From: an uncultured Actinomycetota bacterium
Lineage (GTDB): Bacteria; Actinomycetota; Actinomycetes; JAFAQI01
Assembly: GCA_963770565.1 (NCBI GenBank)
Contig: CAVYQE010000001.1
Location: 1,152,001 to 1,216,000 of the forward strand
DNA length: 64,000 nucleotides
Direction of reading: 5' to 3'
The notes below the pieces were generated by a model that did no database searches, was not told the origin of the DNA, and saw nothing but the letters and a program-made list of their open reading frames with translations. The position numbers and the translations under genes were made by a program. How positions within the stretch are numbered: position 1 is the stretch's first letter; each line of letters starts with the position of its first letter. This document shows positions 17,348-25,882 of the stretch, piece after piece.

Positions 17348-17980
17348 ATGACTGAGCACATGTCGATGAACGTCGTCATCCACGCGGCCTTCCGTCGCGA
17401 CTTCGATCGCTTCGATCGGGCGCTCGCCGCTTTCCCGCCGGGGTCCCGGCAGCGGGCCGATCAACTGTCGATCGCCTGGGACAACGTGGCGCACCAGCTC
17501 CATCACCATCACCAGGACGAGGAGACGATCTTCTTCCCGGCCCTGCGCGAGCTCGGCGCGGACCAGGTCCTGGTCACCGACCTCGAGGCCGAGCACGCCC
17601 GGATGCTCACAGCGCTGGATGCTGCCGCGGCTTCGATGAAGGACTTCCACGCCGACCCGACCGCGGACAAGGCGACCGCGGCCCGCAGCGCGGTCGCGGA
17701 GCTTCGCGGCAGCTTTGACGAGCACGCCGCACATGAGGAGCGTGACCTGGAGCCGTTCGCGGCCGGCCAGAGTGGCACGCCGGAGATGAAGGCCGCGCAG
17801 ACCGCGGTGCGGAAGGCCCACAAGGGTGGCACCGGAACGTTCTTCGCCTGGCTGTTGGACGGCGCCGACCCCGCCGCGGCCGCCGGGCTCCGTCAAACAG
17901 TGCCGGCACCGGTTGTGTTCATGATCGACCGAATCGGCGGCCGCGACTACCGGCGACGGATCGCCTCGGTCTGGGCGTGA
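17348..17980 (+). CDS. Hemerythrin-domain protein
   Basis: 'IHAAFRRD', 'HHHHQDEE', 'EH', 'HAAHEE'. Confidence 0.88.
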   Translation: MTEHMSMNVVIHAAFRRDFDRFDRALAAFPPGSRQRADQLSIAWDNVAHQLHHHHQDEETIFFPALRELGADQVLVTDLEAEHARMLTALDAAAASMKDFHADPTADKATAARSAVAELRGSFDEHAAHEERDLEPFAAGQSGTPEMKAAQTAVRKAHKGGTGTFFAWLLDGADPAAAAGLRQTVPAPVVFMIDRIGGRDYRRRIASVWA

Positions 17981-18035
17981 TGTGCGGGAGGTGGGGGAGC
18001 ACGAACTCCCTCCACTTCAAGATATAGCCGACCCG

Positions 18036-18054
18036 GGGGCTTGCGGCAAGGCCC
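18036..18054 (+). promoter_or_regulatory. Rifamycin-associated element (RAE)
   Basis: 19-bp imperfect palindrome GGGGCTTGCGGCAAGGCCC directly upstream of helR. Confidence 0.85.
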
Positions 18055-18109
18055 GGGTCATGCCGGACAATCGGCGGCCGAGCCCAGGACCGACGTCGGA
18101 GGTGATCAC

Positions 18110-20269
18110 CTGGACCCCGTCGCGATCAGCGCATTCGACCTTCCTGACCATCTCGCCGCCAAGGCCGACCCCACGCTCATCGCCGGCGATGAGGCGCACT
18201 TCGCCGCGATCGCGCAAAGCCTCGAGCAGTCGATCGCCGACCTGTCCGACCGCCTCGATACCGAGCGCAAGGCACGCGGCGGGATCGGCCAGCACGCGAT
18301 GGACCGGGACATGGAGATCCACCGGTTGGGCGCTCGGCTACGCGCCCTTCGTCGCTTCGGTCTGGACCTCTGCCTAGGGCAGATGGTCAGCGCAGCCAAC
18401 CCAGAACCGGTGTACGTCGGACGACTGGGCCTCACCGACAGCGCGGGCCGCCACCTGCTCGTCGACTGGCGGTCGCCCGCGGCCGAGCCGTTCTTCGGCG
18501 CCACCCACGCAAACCCGATGGGTCTGGTCAGCCGGCGCAGATATCGCTGGACCCGCGGGCGGATCAGCGACTACTGGGACGAGGTTTTCACCGCGGAGGG
18601 GTTCCGGGGTCACGCCGCCGCACTCGACGACCAGTCCGCGTTCATCGCCAGCCTGGGCGGCAATCGCTCGGCGCGGATGCGCGACGTGCTGAGCACCATC
18701 CAGGCCGATCAGGACGCCATCATCCGGGCGGGATCGCGCGGTGCCCTCGTCGTCGACGGCGGGCCCGGGACCGGGAAGACCGTCGTGGCTCTGCACCGCG
18801 CGGCCTACCTCCTCTACTCCGATCCCCGGCTCGGTCACCACCGTGGCGGCGTACTGTTCGTCGGCCCGCACCAGCCCTACCTGGCCTACGTTGCCGACGT
18901 GCTGCCCAGCTTGGGTGAGGAAGGCGTGCAGATCTGCACCCTGCGCGACCTGGTCGCCGAGGGCGTCACTGCAGCTGTCGAGTCCGACCCGGAGGTGGCC
19001 CGACTGAAGTCGTCGGCCGACCTGGTGCAGGCGGTCGAGGCCGCGGTGGGGATCTACGAGGAGCCGCCCGCGAAAGGAATGACGGTCGAGACCGACTGTG
19101 GCGACTTCTGGCTGAGCGCCGAGGAATGGGCCGAGGCGTTCGACGCGCCGGAGCCCGGTACGCCGCACAACGAGGCACGCGAGCGGATCTGGGAAGAGCT
19201 GCTCGAGATGCTCTTGGACAAGCACGACGACGAAGAGGTCTCGCCGGACCTGGTCCGGAAGGCGCTCGTGCAGAACGCGCAGCTGCGCGGGGCCCTCAAC
19301 CGGGCCTGGACGCTCATCGAGGCGGCCGACCTGGTCGGAGACCTGTGGTCGGTGCCCGCCTACCTGCGCAAGTGCGCTCCTTGGCTGCGCCCCGACGAGG
19401 TTCAGCGGCTGCAGCGCGAGGTTCCCCAGGCCTGGACGGTGTCCGACCTGCCGCTGCTGGATGCCGCCCGGCTACGGCTCGGCGACCCGAATGCGGCACG
19501 GCGTCAGCGTCGGCACAATGCCGCCGTTGCGTCCGAACGCGAGCGGATGACCGCGGTCGTCGACAACCTGATCAATGCCGGTGGCGACGAGTACGGCGAA
19601 GGCTTGGTGTCGATGCTGCGGGGGGAGGACTTCCACGACGCGCTGGTGGGTCAGACCGCGCCGCCGGACACCGATCCCGATCGACTGGCCGGTCCGTTCG
19701 CGCACATCATCGTGGACGAGGCCCAGGAACTCAGCGACGCCGAGTGGCAGATGTTGCTGCTCCGTTGCCCCTCGCGCAGCTTCACGATCGTGGGGGACCG
19801 GGCTCAGGCCAGGCACGGGTTCACGGAGTCGTGGCAGGAACGGCTCGAGCGGATCGGGCTCGACCGGATCACCCTGTCCTCCTTGAGCATCAACTACCGG
19901 ACCCCGCAAGAGGTCATGGCACAGGCTGAGCCGGTCATCCACGCCGTGCTCCCGGATGCCAACGTGCCGACATCTATCCGCAGCAGCGGCGTGCCCGTCG
20001 TACACAGATCCGCTGCAGACCTGGAGTCGATCATCGACAACTGGCTCGCTGCCAACGCGGAGGGGATCGCCTGCGTCATCGGCGATCCCGCGTTCCAGGC
20101 AAGTCCCCGCGTGCGGTCGCTGACCCCGGTACTGGCGAAGGGACTAGAGTTCGACCTAGTCGTCCTTATCGACCCCGAGGCCTTCGGAACGGGCATCGAG
20201 GGCGCGGTTGACCGCTATGTCGCCATGACCCGTGCGACCCAGCAACTGGTGATCCTCACGAGTTCCTGA
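18110..20269 (+). CDS. helR: HelR (HelD-like) RNA polymerase recycling / rifamycin-protection ATPase
   Basis: 'FDLPDHLAAKADP.LI', 'LVDWRSPAA', 'MRDVLSTIQADQD', GGPGTGKT, DEAQ, 'KGLEFD', 'YVAMTRATQ'; probable CTG start after SD GGAGGTGA. Confidence 0.9.
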   Translation: MDPVAISAFDLPDHLAAKADPTLIAGDEAHFAAIAQSLEQSIADLSDRLDTERKARGGIGQHAMDRDMEIHRLGARLRALRRFGLDLCLGQMVSAANPEPVYVGRLGLTDSAGRHLLVDWRSPAAEPFFGATHANPMGLVSRRRYRWTRGRISDYWDEVFTAEGFRGHAAALDDQSAFIASLGGNRSARMRDVLSTIQADQDAIIRAGSRGALVVDGGPGTGKTVVALHRAAYLLYSDPRLGHHRGGVLFVGPHQPYLAYVADVLPSLGEEGVQICTLRDLVAEGVTAAVESDPEVARLKSSADLVQAVEAAVGIYEEPPAKGMTVETDCGDFWLSAEEWAEAFDAPEPGTPHNEARERIWEELLEMLLDKHDDEEVSPDLVRKALVQNAQLRGALNRAWTLIEAADLVGDLWSVPAYLRKCAPWLRPDEVQRLQREVPQAWTVSDLPLLDAARLRLGDPNAARRQRRHNAAVASERERMTAVVDNLINAGGDEYGEGLVSMLRGEDFHDALVGQTAPPDTDPDRLAGPFAHIIVDEAQELSDAEWQMLLLRCPSRSFTIVGDRAQARHGFTESWQERLERIGLDRITLSSLSINYRTPQEVMAQAEPVIHAVLPDANVPTSIRSSGVPVVHRSAADLESIIDNWLAANAEGIACVIGDPAFQASPRVRSLTPVLAKGLEFDLVVLIDPEAFGTGIEGAVDRYVAMTRATQQLVILTSS

Positions 20270-20367
20270 CTTCGGCCAGGACAACCTGATTCGGCACGCT
20301 GCGTCGTGTCCGGGATTTCGTGGGTTTCCGTGATTTTCTTTGGGTAGCGACGATCCCTGGGGGACCG

Positions 20368-21579
20368 ATGAGACACCGATCAGCAATCGGACTGGCCGTT
20401 GTGGCCGCGGGCGCACTGCTCGTACCGATGGTCGCGGCCAGTCCCGCGTCCAGCGCCGTGCCGCGAGCACCTCGGACTGCCGGCGACGGTTGGTGCGCCT
20501 CGCCCACCTCGGTACCCTGCATCGTCACGGTCACTCGGGACGGAAGTCCGGTCGTGGACGGCAGTCCGACCTGGGACGTCACGGTGGGCGATATCTCAGG
20601 CAGCGGCGCGCACGCGGCGCAGTGGTTCGTCAGCGACCCGAGTGCGAGCGTGACCGATCCGCTGACCTCAGAGACGTATGCGTCGATGCCGGCCGCCGAA
20701 ACCGGTCACAGCTGGAGCATCACCGTTCGCGTTGCGTTCCAACCTCGGGAGACCGACGGGTACGGCGACAACATGACGGTCCACCGCGTCGACAACGGCA
20801 ACGGCACCTCTGACGTGACCATCACCGCGAACCCGGTCACGATGGGTGCCAACGCCGAATGCACGACCTCCAGTTGGCCGTGGAGCTGCCCGAGCACCTC
20901 CGGCGCCAACGTCACGTTGATCCAGGGCGACATCAGCGACTTCGAGCAGTGGAACGACTCCAGCCAGTGGGGCGACTTCAACGGCATGGACATGTCGACC
21001 AATATCGAGGCGACCGACATCCCGCCGGAGATCACCGGCGACCCGTTCACCATCACGGTCGACCTCGCGAACTCGCACCAGCTGGTCGGTGCCGGCTCGC
21101 CCTTCCAGGGCTTCTTCCACATCACCATTCCCAACCAGTTCCTCATCGACATGGGAATCGACGACCCGTCGACGCTCGACCCGGCGGGGATCTCGACCTC
21201 GATCGGCTCCGGAACGGTGGTCGTGACGCCGGGTTCCGATTCGACCCAGGTCGATGCCACCGGGATCGCGTTCTCGCCGCGGTCGCTCAAGCTCAAGCGC
21301 GGCATCGTCACGCCGACCCGGGTGACGATCGTGCACTCGAGCCGGACGAAGTTCCGGGCCCACCTGAGCTTCCAGAAGTCCCGGCCGCGGGGTTCTCGGA
21401 TCAAGGGCTACGAGGCGAGGTGCCTGGCAAAGCACCACCCGCGCCGAACCGTGTCCGGTAAGCACTCGCCGCTGGTGGTCAAGCAGCTCGCTGCGGGCGT
21501 TCGTTACACCTGCGCGGTGCGAGCTCACGCCAAGGCGGGTTACGGCCGCTGGTCCAAGCCGCGCCACATCAAGGGATAA
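20368..21579 (+). CDS. Secreted protein with basic C-terminal fibronectin type III-like domain
   Basis: Signal peptide; acidic Ser/Thr-rich body; 'GSRIKGYEARC...YTCAVRAHAKAGYGRWS'. Confidence 0.75.
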   Translation: MRHRSAIGLAVVAAGALLVPMVAASPASSAVPRAPRTAGDGWCASPTSVPCIVTVTRDGSPVVDGSPTWDVTVGDISGSGAHAAQWFVSDPSASVTDPLTSETYASMPAAETGHSWSITVRVAFQPRETDGYGDNMTVHRVDNGNGTSDVTITANPVTMGANAECTTSSWPWSCPSTSGANVTLIQGDISDFEQWNDSSQWGDFNGMDMSTNIEATDIPPEITGDPFTITVDLANSHQLVGAGSPFQGFFHITIPNQFLIDMGIDDPSTLDPAGISTSIGSGTVVVTPGSDSTQVDATGIAFSPRSLKLKRGIVTPTRVTIVHSSRTKFRAHLSFQKSRPRGSRIKGYEARCLAKHHPRRTVSGKHSPLVVKQLAAGVRYTCAVRAHAKAGYGRWSKPRHIKG

Positions 21580-21672
21580 CCCGCAGGCGCAGCGGATCTC
21601 GGAACGCTGCTGATAATCGGCCGGGGCTCGTGCAAAAATTCCTGACCGACGACCTGTTCCGGGGGGTTAGTG

Positions 21673-24294
21673 ATGTCGCTCGCGGGTGCCTGCTTTCGTC
21701 GCCGCCTTGCGGCGTACGGCGCGTTCGTCGCCGCGGTCGCAGCGGTCGGGGCGGTCGGGCTGGATGCGGCCCCGGTAGCGGTCGCGAGCAGCGCGACCAC
21801 CCTCAAGCAGTGCACCGCGAGTGCATTGACAGCGGCGGCCAAGAAGGGTGGCGAGATCGACTTCGGCTGCTCCGGCACCATCACGCTCACTGCGCCGATC
21901 ACACTGGCGAAGGGCGACAGCCTCATCCTCGACGCCAACAAGAACAAAGTCACGATCAGCGGCGGCGGCAAGGTCCGGATCTTCACGGTGACCGGCGGCT
22001 CCCTGAGCGTCAACGGTCTGACGCTCACCAAGGGAGACCTCATCCCGGCCGCGGTGGCGAACGGTGGCAACGGCAAGCCGGGCACGGCCGGCGAGGCCGG
22101 CGACCTGGGTGCGCCGGGTACGGCGGGAAACCCGGGGACCGACGGCGACGTCGGCACCGACGGCAGCCCCGGTGACAACGGTGCCAGCGGCAACCCGGGC
22201 GCCCGCACAGAGACCGGTCCGGCGGACGAGGGCGGCGCGATCTATATCGCGACCGGGTCAACCGTGACGCTGTCCAGCGTCAAGATCACCAGCTCCGGGG
22301 TGGTCGGGCAGGCCGGTGGCAAGGGCGGCTCGGGCGGCAAGGGCGGCCACGGTGGCGACGGTGGCAACGGCGGGATCGGTGGCCCGGGCGTCGGTAGTGG
22401 CGGTGGCGCAGGCAATGGCGGTCACGCCGGCGACGGCGGCAAGGGCGGCGACGGCGGCAACGGTGGCGATGGTGGGGACGGCGCCGACGCGCTCGGCGGC
22501 GCGATCTACAACGCCGGCACGCTGACGATCACCAAGTGCACTTTCCAAGGCGATACGGTGGTCGGTGGCGCCGGCGGCTCGGGCGGCAAAGCCGGCGACG
22601 GTGGCGACGGCGGTGCAGGTGGCGGCGCCGGATCCGGAAACTTCGGCGCCAACAGCGACCAGGGCACCCCGCAGGGTGGCGTGAAAGGCGGGTCCGGCGG
22701 TGACGGTGCGGAGGCCGGCGTGTCCGCCGACGGAGGTGACGCCGGCGATGCCGGCGGCGGTGGGGACGGCGGGGCCGGATCCGGCGGCGCGATCTTCACG
22801 ATCGGAAAGCTGACCGGGTCCGGCGACACCTTCACGGCGGATACTGCAACGGGCGGGGCGGCCGGCTCCGCCGGCGCCGGCGCTGCCGGTGGGCCGGGCG
22901 GGACCGCCGGCACGAGCACCCGCACCAACCCGAACACGGGGAGCCCGCCGGACCCGGTCGACCCGTTGCCCGCCTCGTGGGGTGGCATGGGCGGCTGGGG
23001 TGGGGTCGGCTTTCCGGCGGTCCAGCAACTGCCGCCGTACGACCTGCCCGGCGGTGCAGGCGGTAGCGGCGGGCCGGGTGGCGAGGGCGGCGCCGGAGGT
23101 GGCGCGGGCGATGGCGGCGACGGTGGGGGCGGCGGAACGGCTGAGGGCGGCGCCATCTACGCCGACGGTCCCGGCGCGGTGTCGCTGTCGGGGGAGACCT
23201 TCGCCGCAAACACGGTGACCGGGGCGAAGGGAGCCAACGGCGCGCCCGGTGGCGCCGGCGGGGCCGGCGGCGCAGGCGGACCGGGTGGTGGCGGTGGCTG
23301 GGCGGGCGTCGGAATCGAGGGGCAGGACACGCAGTACGCCACCTCCGGCAACGGCGGCAACGGCGGTGACGGTGGTGACGGCGCGGACGGCGGCCGTGGC
23401 GGTCAGGGTGGTGACGGCGGCGACGCCAAGGGACCGGCGGTCTACACGACAAGCGACGTGGCCGGGTTCGCCAACACCACACCGGTTTTTAGCGGCTCGA
23501 CCGCGACGAAGGGCGACAAAGGCAACGGCGGCGTGCCAGGTGCCGGTGGCGCGGTGGGCGCCGCCGGGGTCGCGGGCACACACGGCCAGAGCCAGGCCGG
23601 CCCGGGCCACAACGACGGTGGCGACGGCACCGCCGGCGATGCGGGCGACGAGGGCGACGCCGGCGTACAAGGCAACGCGGGCCAGGACGGCACGGCCGAC
23701 CCGACCGATGAGAGCACGGCGAACCCGCCGCCGACTCCGGGGCCCGGGCTGGCGGACCCGCCGCTGCCAGATGCGACCGCCGGCTCGCCCTATTCGCATG
23801 CGCTGACCGCCTCGGGTGGCACTCCGCCGTACTCCTGGTCGGTGGCCTCAGGGTCGCTTCCGGCCGGAGTCAGCCTCGGCAAGGCGAGCGGTGTGCTGAG
23901 CGGTACGCCGAAGGCCGCGGCCGCCCTGACGTTCACCGTCCAGGTGTCGGACTCCGCGAAGCAGACTGCCGAGGAGTTGTTCACCCTGGTGGTCTCCGGG
24001 CCCGCTTCGACGGCAACCGCGTTGAAGTCCAGCAAGAACCCGTTGAAACACGGGAAGAAGGGCGCGATCACCGTGACCGTGACCTCGCCGGTAGCGGGTG
24101 CCGGGACGCCGACCGGCTCGGTGCGGTGGACCGTCAACGGCAAGGTGAAGGGGACTGCGCGGCTACATGGCGGCAAGGCAGCGCTGTCGCTGAAGAAGTT
24201 CAAGAACGGCAGCTACACGATCGTCGCGACCTACCTGCCCGACGGCCCCTTTGCGGCGAGCCACTCGAGGAAGCTGGTCGAGCGGATCACCTGA
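21673..24294 (+). CDS. Secreted Gly-rich beta-helix-like protein with putative Ig and Big_3-like domains
   Basis: Signal peptide; GGxGG repeats interleaved with GGAIY/F motifs; 'LPDATAGSPYS..L.ASGG.PPYSW...GSLPAG' Ig repeat. Confidence 0.75.
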   Translation: MSLAGACFRRRLAAYGAFVAAVAAVGAVGLDAAPVAVASSATTLKQCTASALTAAAKKGGEIDFGCSGTITLTAPITLAKGDSLILDANKNKVTISGGGKVRIFTVTGGSLSVNGLTLTKGDLIPAAVANGGNGKPGTAGEAGDLGAPGTAGNPGTDGDVGTDGSPGDNGASGNPGARTETGPADEGGAIYIATGSTVTLSSVKITSSGVVGQAGGKGGSGGKGGHGGDGGNGGIGGPGVGSGGGAGNGGHAGDGGKGGDGGNGGDGGDGADALGGAIYNAGTLTITKCTFQGDTVVGGAGGSGGKAGDGGDGGAGGGAGSGNFGANSDQGTPQGGVKGGSGGDGAEAGVSADGGDAGDAGGGGDGGAGSGGAIFTIGKLTGSGDTFTADTATGGAAGSAGAGAAGGPGGTAGTSTRTNPNTGSPPDPVDPLPASWGGMGGWGGVGFPAVQQLPPYDLPGGAGGSGGPGGEGGAGGGAGDGGDGGGGGTAEGGAIYADGPGAVSLSGETFAANTVTGAKGANGAPGGAGGAGGAGGPGGGGGWAGVGIEGQDTQYATSGNGGNGGDGGDGADGGRGGQGGDGGDAKGPAVYTTSDVAGFANTTPVFSGSTATKGDKGNGGVPGAGGAVGAAGVAGTHGQSQAGPGHNDGGDGTAGDAGDEGDAGVQGNAGQDGTADPTDESTANPPPTPGPGLADPPLPDATAGSPYSHALTASGGTPPYSWSVASGSLPAGVSLGKASGVLSGTPKAAAALTFTVQVSDSAKQTAEELFTLVVSGPASTATALKSSKNPLKHGKKGAITVTVTSPVAGAGTPTGSVRWTVNGKVKGTARLHGGKAALSLKKFKNGSYTIVATYLPDGPFAASHSRKLVERIT

Positions 24295-24332
24295 TCATCC
24301 CGGATTTCGTGCCGCGGCGACTTCGTCCTGGT

Positions 24333-24512
24333 TCAGGGGCTTCCGCCCATCAGATCGACGAGCATCCCCCGGCTGAGTCCGAGCTCGCCCAGCAAGGGCG
24401 CGTCGCGCTCGAGATCCACCGGATCCGGCAACCGGTCCTCCTGGCCTTCGATCAAGCCGTACGTGCCGGTACGACGAAGGGTGTCAAGAACCTCCTGTTT
24501 CGAACGGATCAT
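24333..24512 (-). CDS. Small conserved hypothetical protein (59 aa)
   Basis: 'LPDPVDLERD...LGLSR..LVDLMGGSP'; SD AAAGGA. Confidence 0.6.
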   Translation of the reverse strand: MIRSKQEVLDTLRRTGTYGLIEGQEDRLPDPVDLERDAPLLGELGLSRGMLVDLMGGSP

Positions 24513-24682
24513 CCGAGTCCTTTCGGGGTATTTCCGATGCCTGTTCTGCACCTGGGAGACCGGCGCAGTCAGAAAGGCAGCCGGTGTGACGCTCGTGTGA
24601 CGCCCGGTCAGCAACCTTTCCTTGGTGCCCCGGCTCATCGACCACGCTAGCGGTCCGCCGAGGCCAGAAGGAAGGCAGCACA

Positions 24683-25843
24683 GTGACCTCGACCGTTGCG
24701 AGAGCGCACCGCTCGCTGATCGTCCTGCTGTCGGTGAGCGCGATCGTGCTAGGGACCGCGTCGACCGGCTACGCCGCCACCCATCCGAAGATCGGGCCAC
24801 GGCACTTGGTCGGATCGACCTTCACTACAGCGACCGGTCCGGTGCTCTCATGTCCACCGGGCAAACCGGCGGCAACGACGACCTGCTACCTGGTCGGCGC
24901 GGGCGCGGGTGGAACGGCTCCGCCCGGCGTCACCCCGTTCCCGCCGGACGACTACCTCAACGAGGTCGTTCCGGTGCGGGATGGAAAGCCGCAGACCCCG
25001 ATCGTGTTCCCGGGCGCGGAGTCAGCGTCGGTCGTCAGTTGCACGTCCGCGACCGCCTGCGAGACAGCCGGCTACGCCACGACCTACCGCCAGGCCGCGT
25101 TCATCCCGTTGACGAAGGGAACGCCGGGTAAGCCGGTCAAGGTCAGCGGGTACATCGCGTGGACCGGACTGGTCTGCACGTCGCCGGGCAACTGCGTCGG
25201 GGTCGGCTCGCGGCGCAAGACCGCGAACAGCGGCTCGGCTAAGGGCGTCGTGATCCGGCTACACAATGGCAAGGCTTCGACGGAACAGGTGCTGGCCGAC
25301 GCGGCCGGCGTGAGCGGGTTGTCCTGTCTGAGCAAGACGACCTGCGTCGCGGTCGGCCAGACTTCCGACTTCAAGTTCGGATTCGTGATCCCCATCACGA
25401 ACGGCCACGCGGGGGCAATCCATGTCGTGACCTCGGTCGGTGCGATCAGCTCGGTCGCCTGCAATTGGACGAAGAACACGTGCGCCGGCACCGGCTTCAA
25501 GACGTCGCAGAAACAGGGGGTGTTGCCGGTCCGAGTGTTGATCCACGGCGGTCACGTCACGGTGACCAAACTGTCGGCGTCGAGCCCGACGCTGTCGGGG
25601 CTGACCTGCGCCTCGCGCGGGCACTGTGTGGCCTTTGGGGTCGCGAAACCGGACCAGCACGGCGAGCACGCGGTCGTCGCCGCCGTGACCAACGGCAAGA
25701 TCGGCCCTTGGGTCACGGTCGGTGGGAGCGCTGACGCTGAGTGGGTGGCCTGCTCCCGGGTCGGCTCGTGCGTCGGCGTGGCGTCCTCACTCACCGGCCA
25801 GTTCCCGGGCGACATCCTGCGCACTTTCACCATCCAGTACTAG
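24683..25843 (+). CDS. Secreted Cys-pair repeat protein
   Basis: Signal peptide; repeats of S/V/T-C-x5-C-x-A/G-x-G. Confidence 0.7.
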   Translation: MTSTVARAHRSLIVLLSVSAIVLGTASTGYAATHPKIGPRHLVGSTFTTATGPVLSCPPGKPAATTTCYLVGAGAGGTAPPGVTPFPPDDYLNEVVPVRDGKPQTPIVFPGAESASVVSCTSATACETAGYATTYRQAAFIPLTKGTPGKPVKVSGYIAWTGLVCTSPGNCVGVGSRRKTANSGSAKGVVIRLHNGKASTEQVLADAAGVSGLSCLSKTTCVAVGQTSDFKFGFVIPITNGHAGAIHVVTSVGAISSVACNWTKNTCAGTGFKTSQKQGVLPVRVLIHGGHVTVTKLSASSPTLSGLTCASRGHCVAFGVAKPDQHGEHAVVAAVTNGKIGPWVTVGGSADAEWVACSRVGSCVGVASSLTGQFPGDILRTFTIQY

Positions 25844-25882
25844 CCGTCAACCTCGTCCTGATCCGACTCGGAGGTCCCGTAC

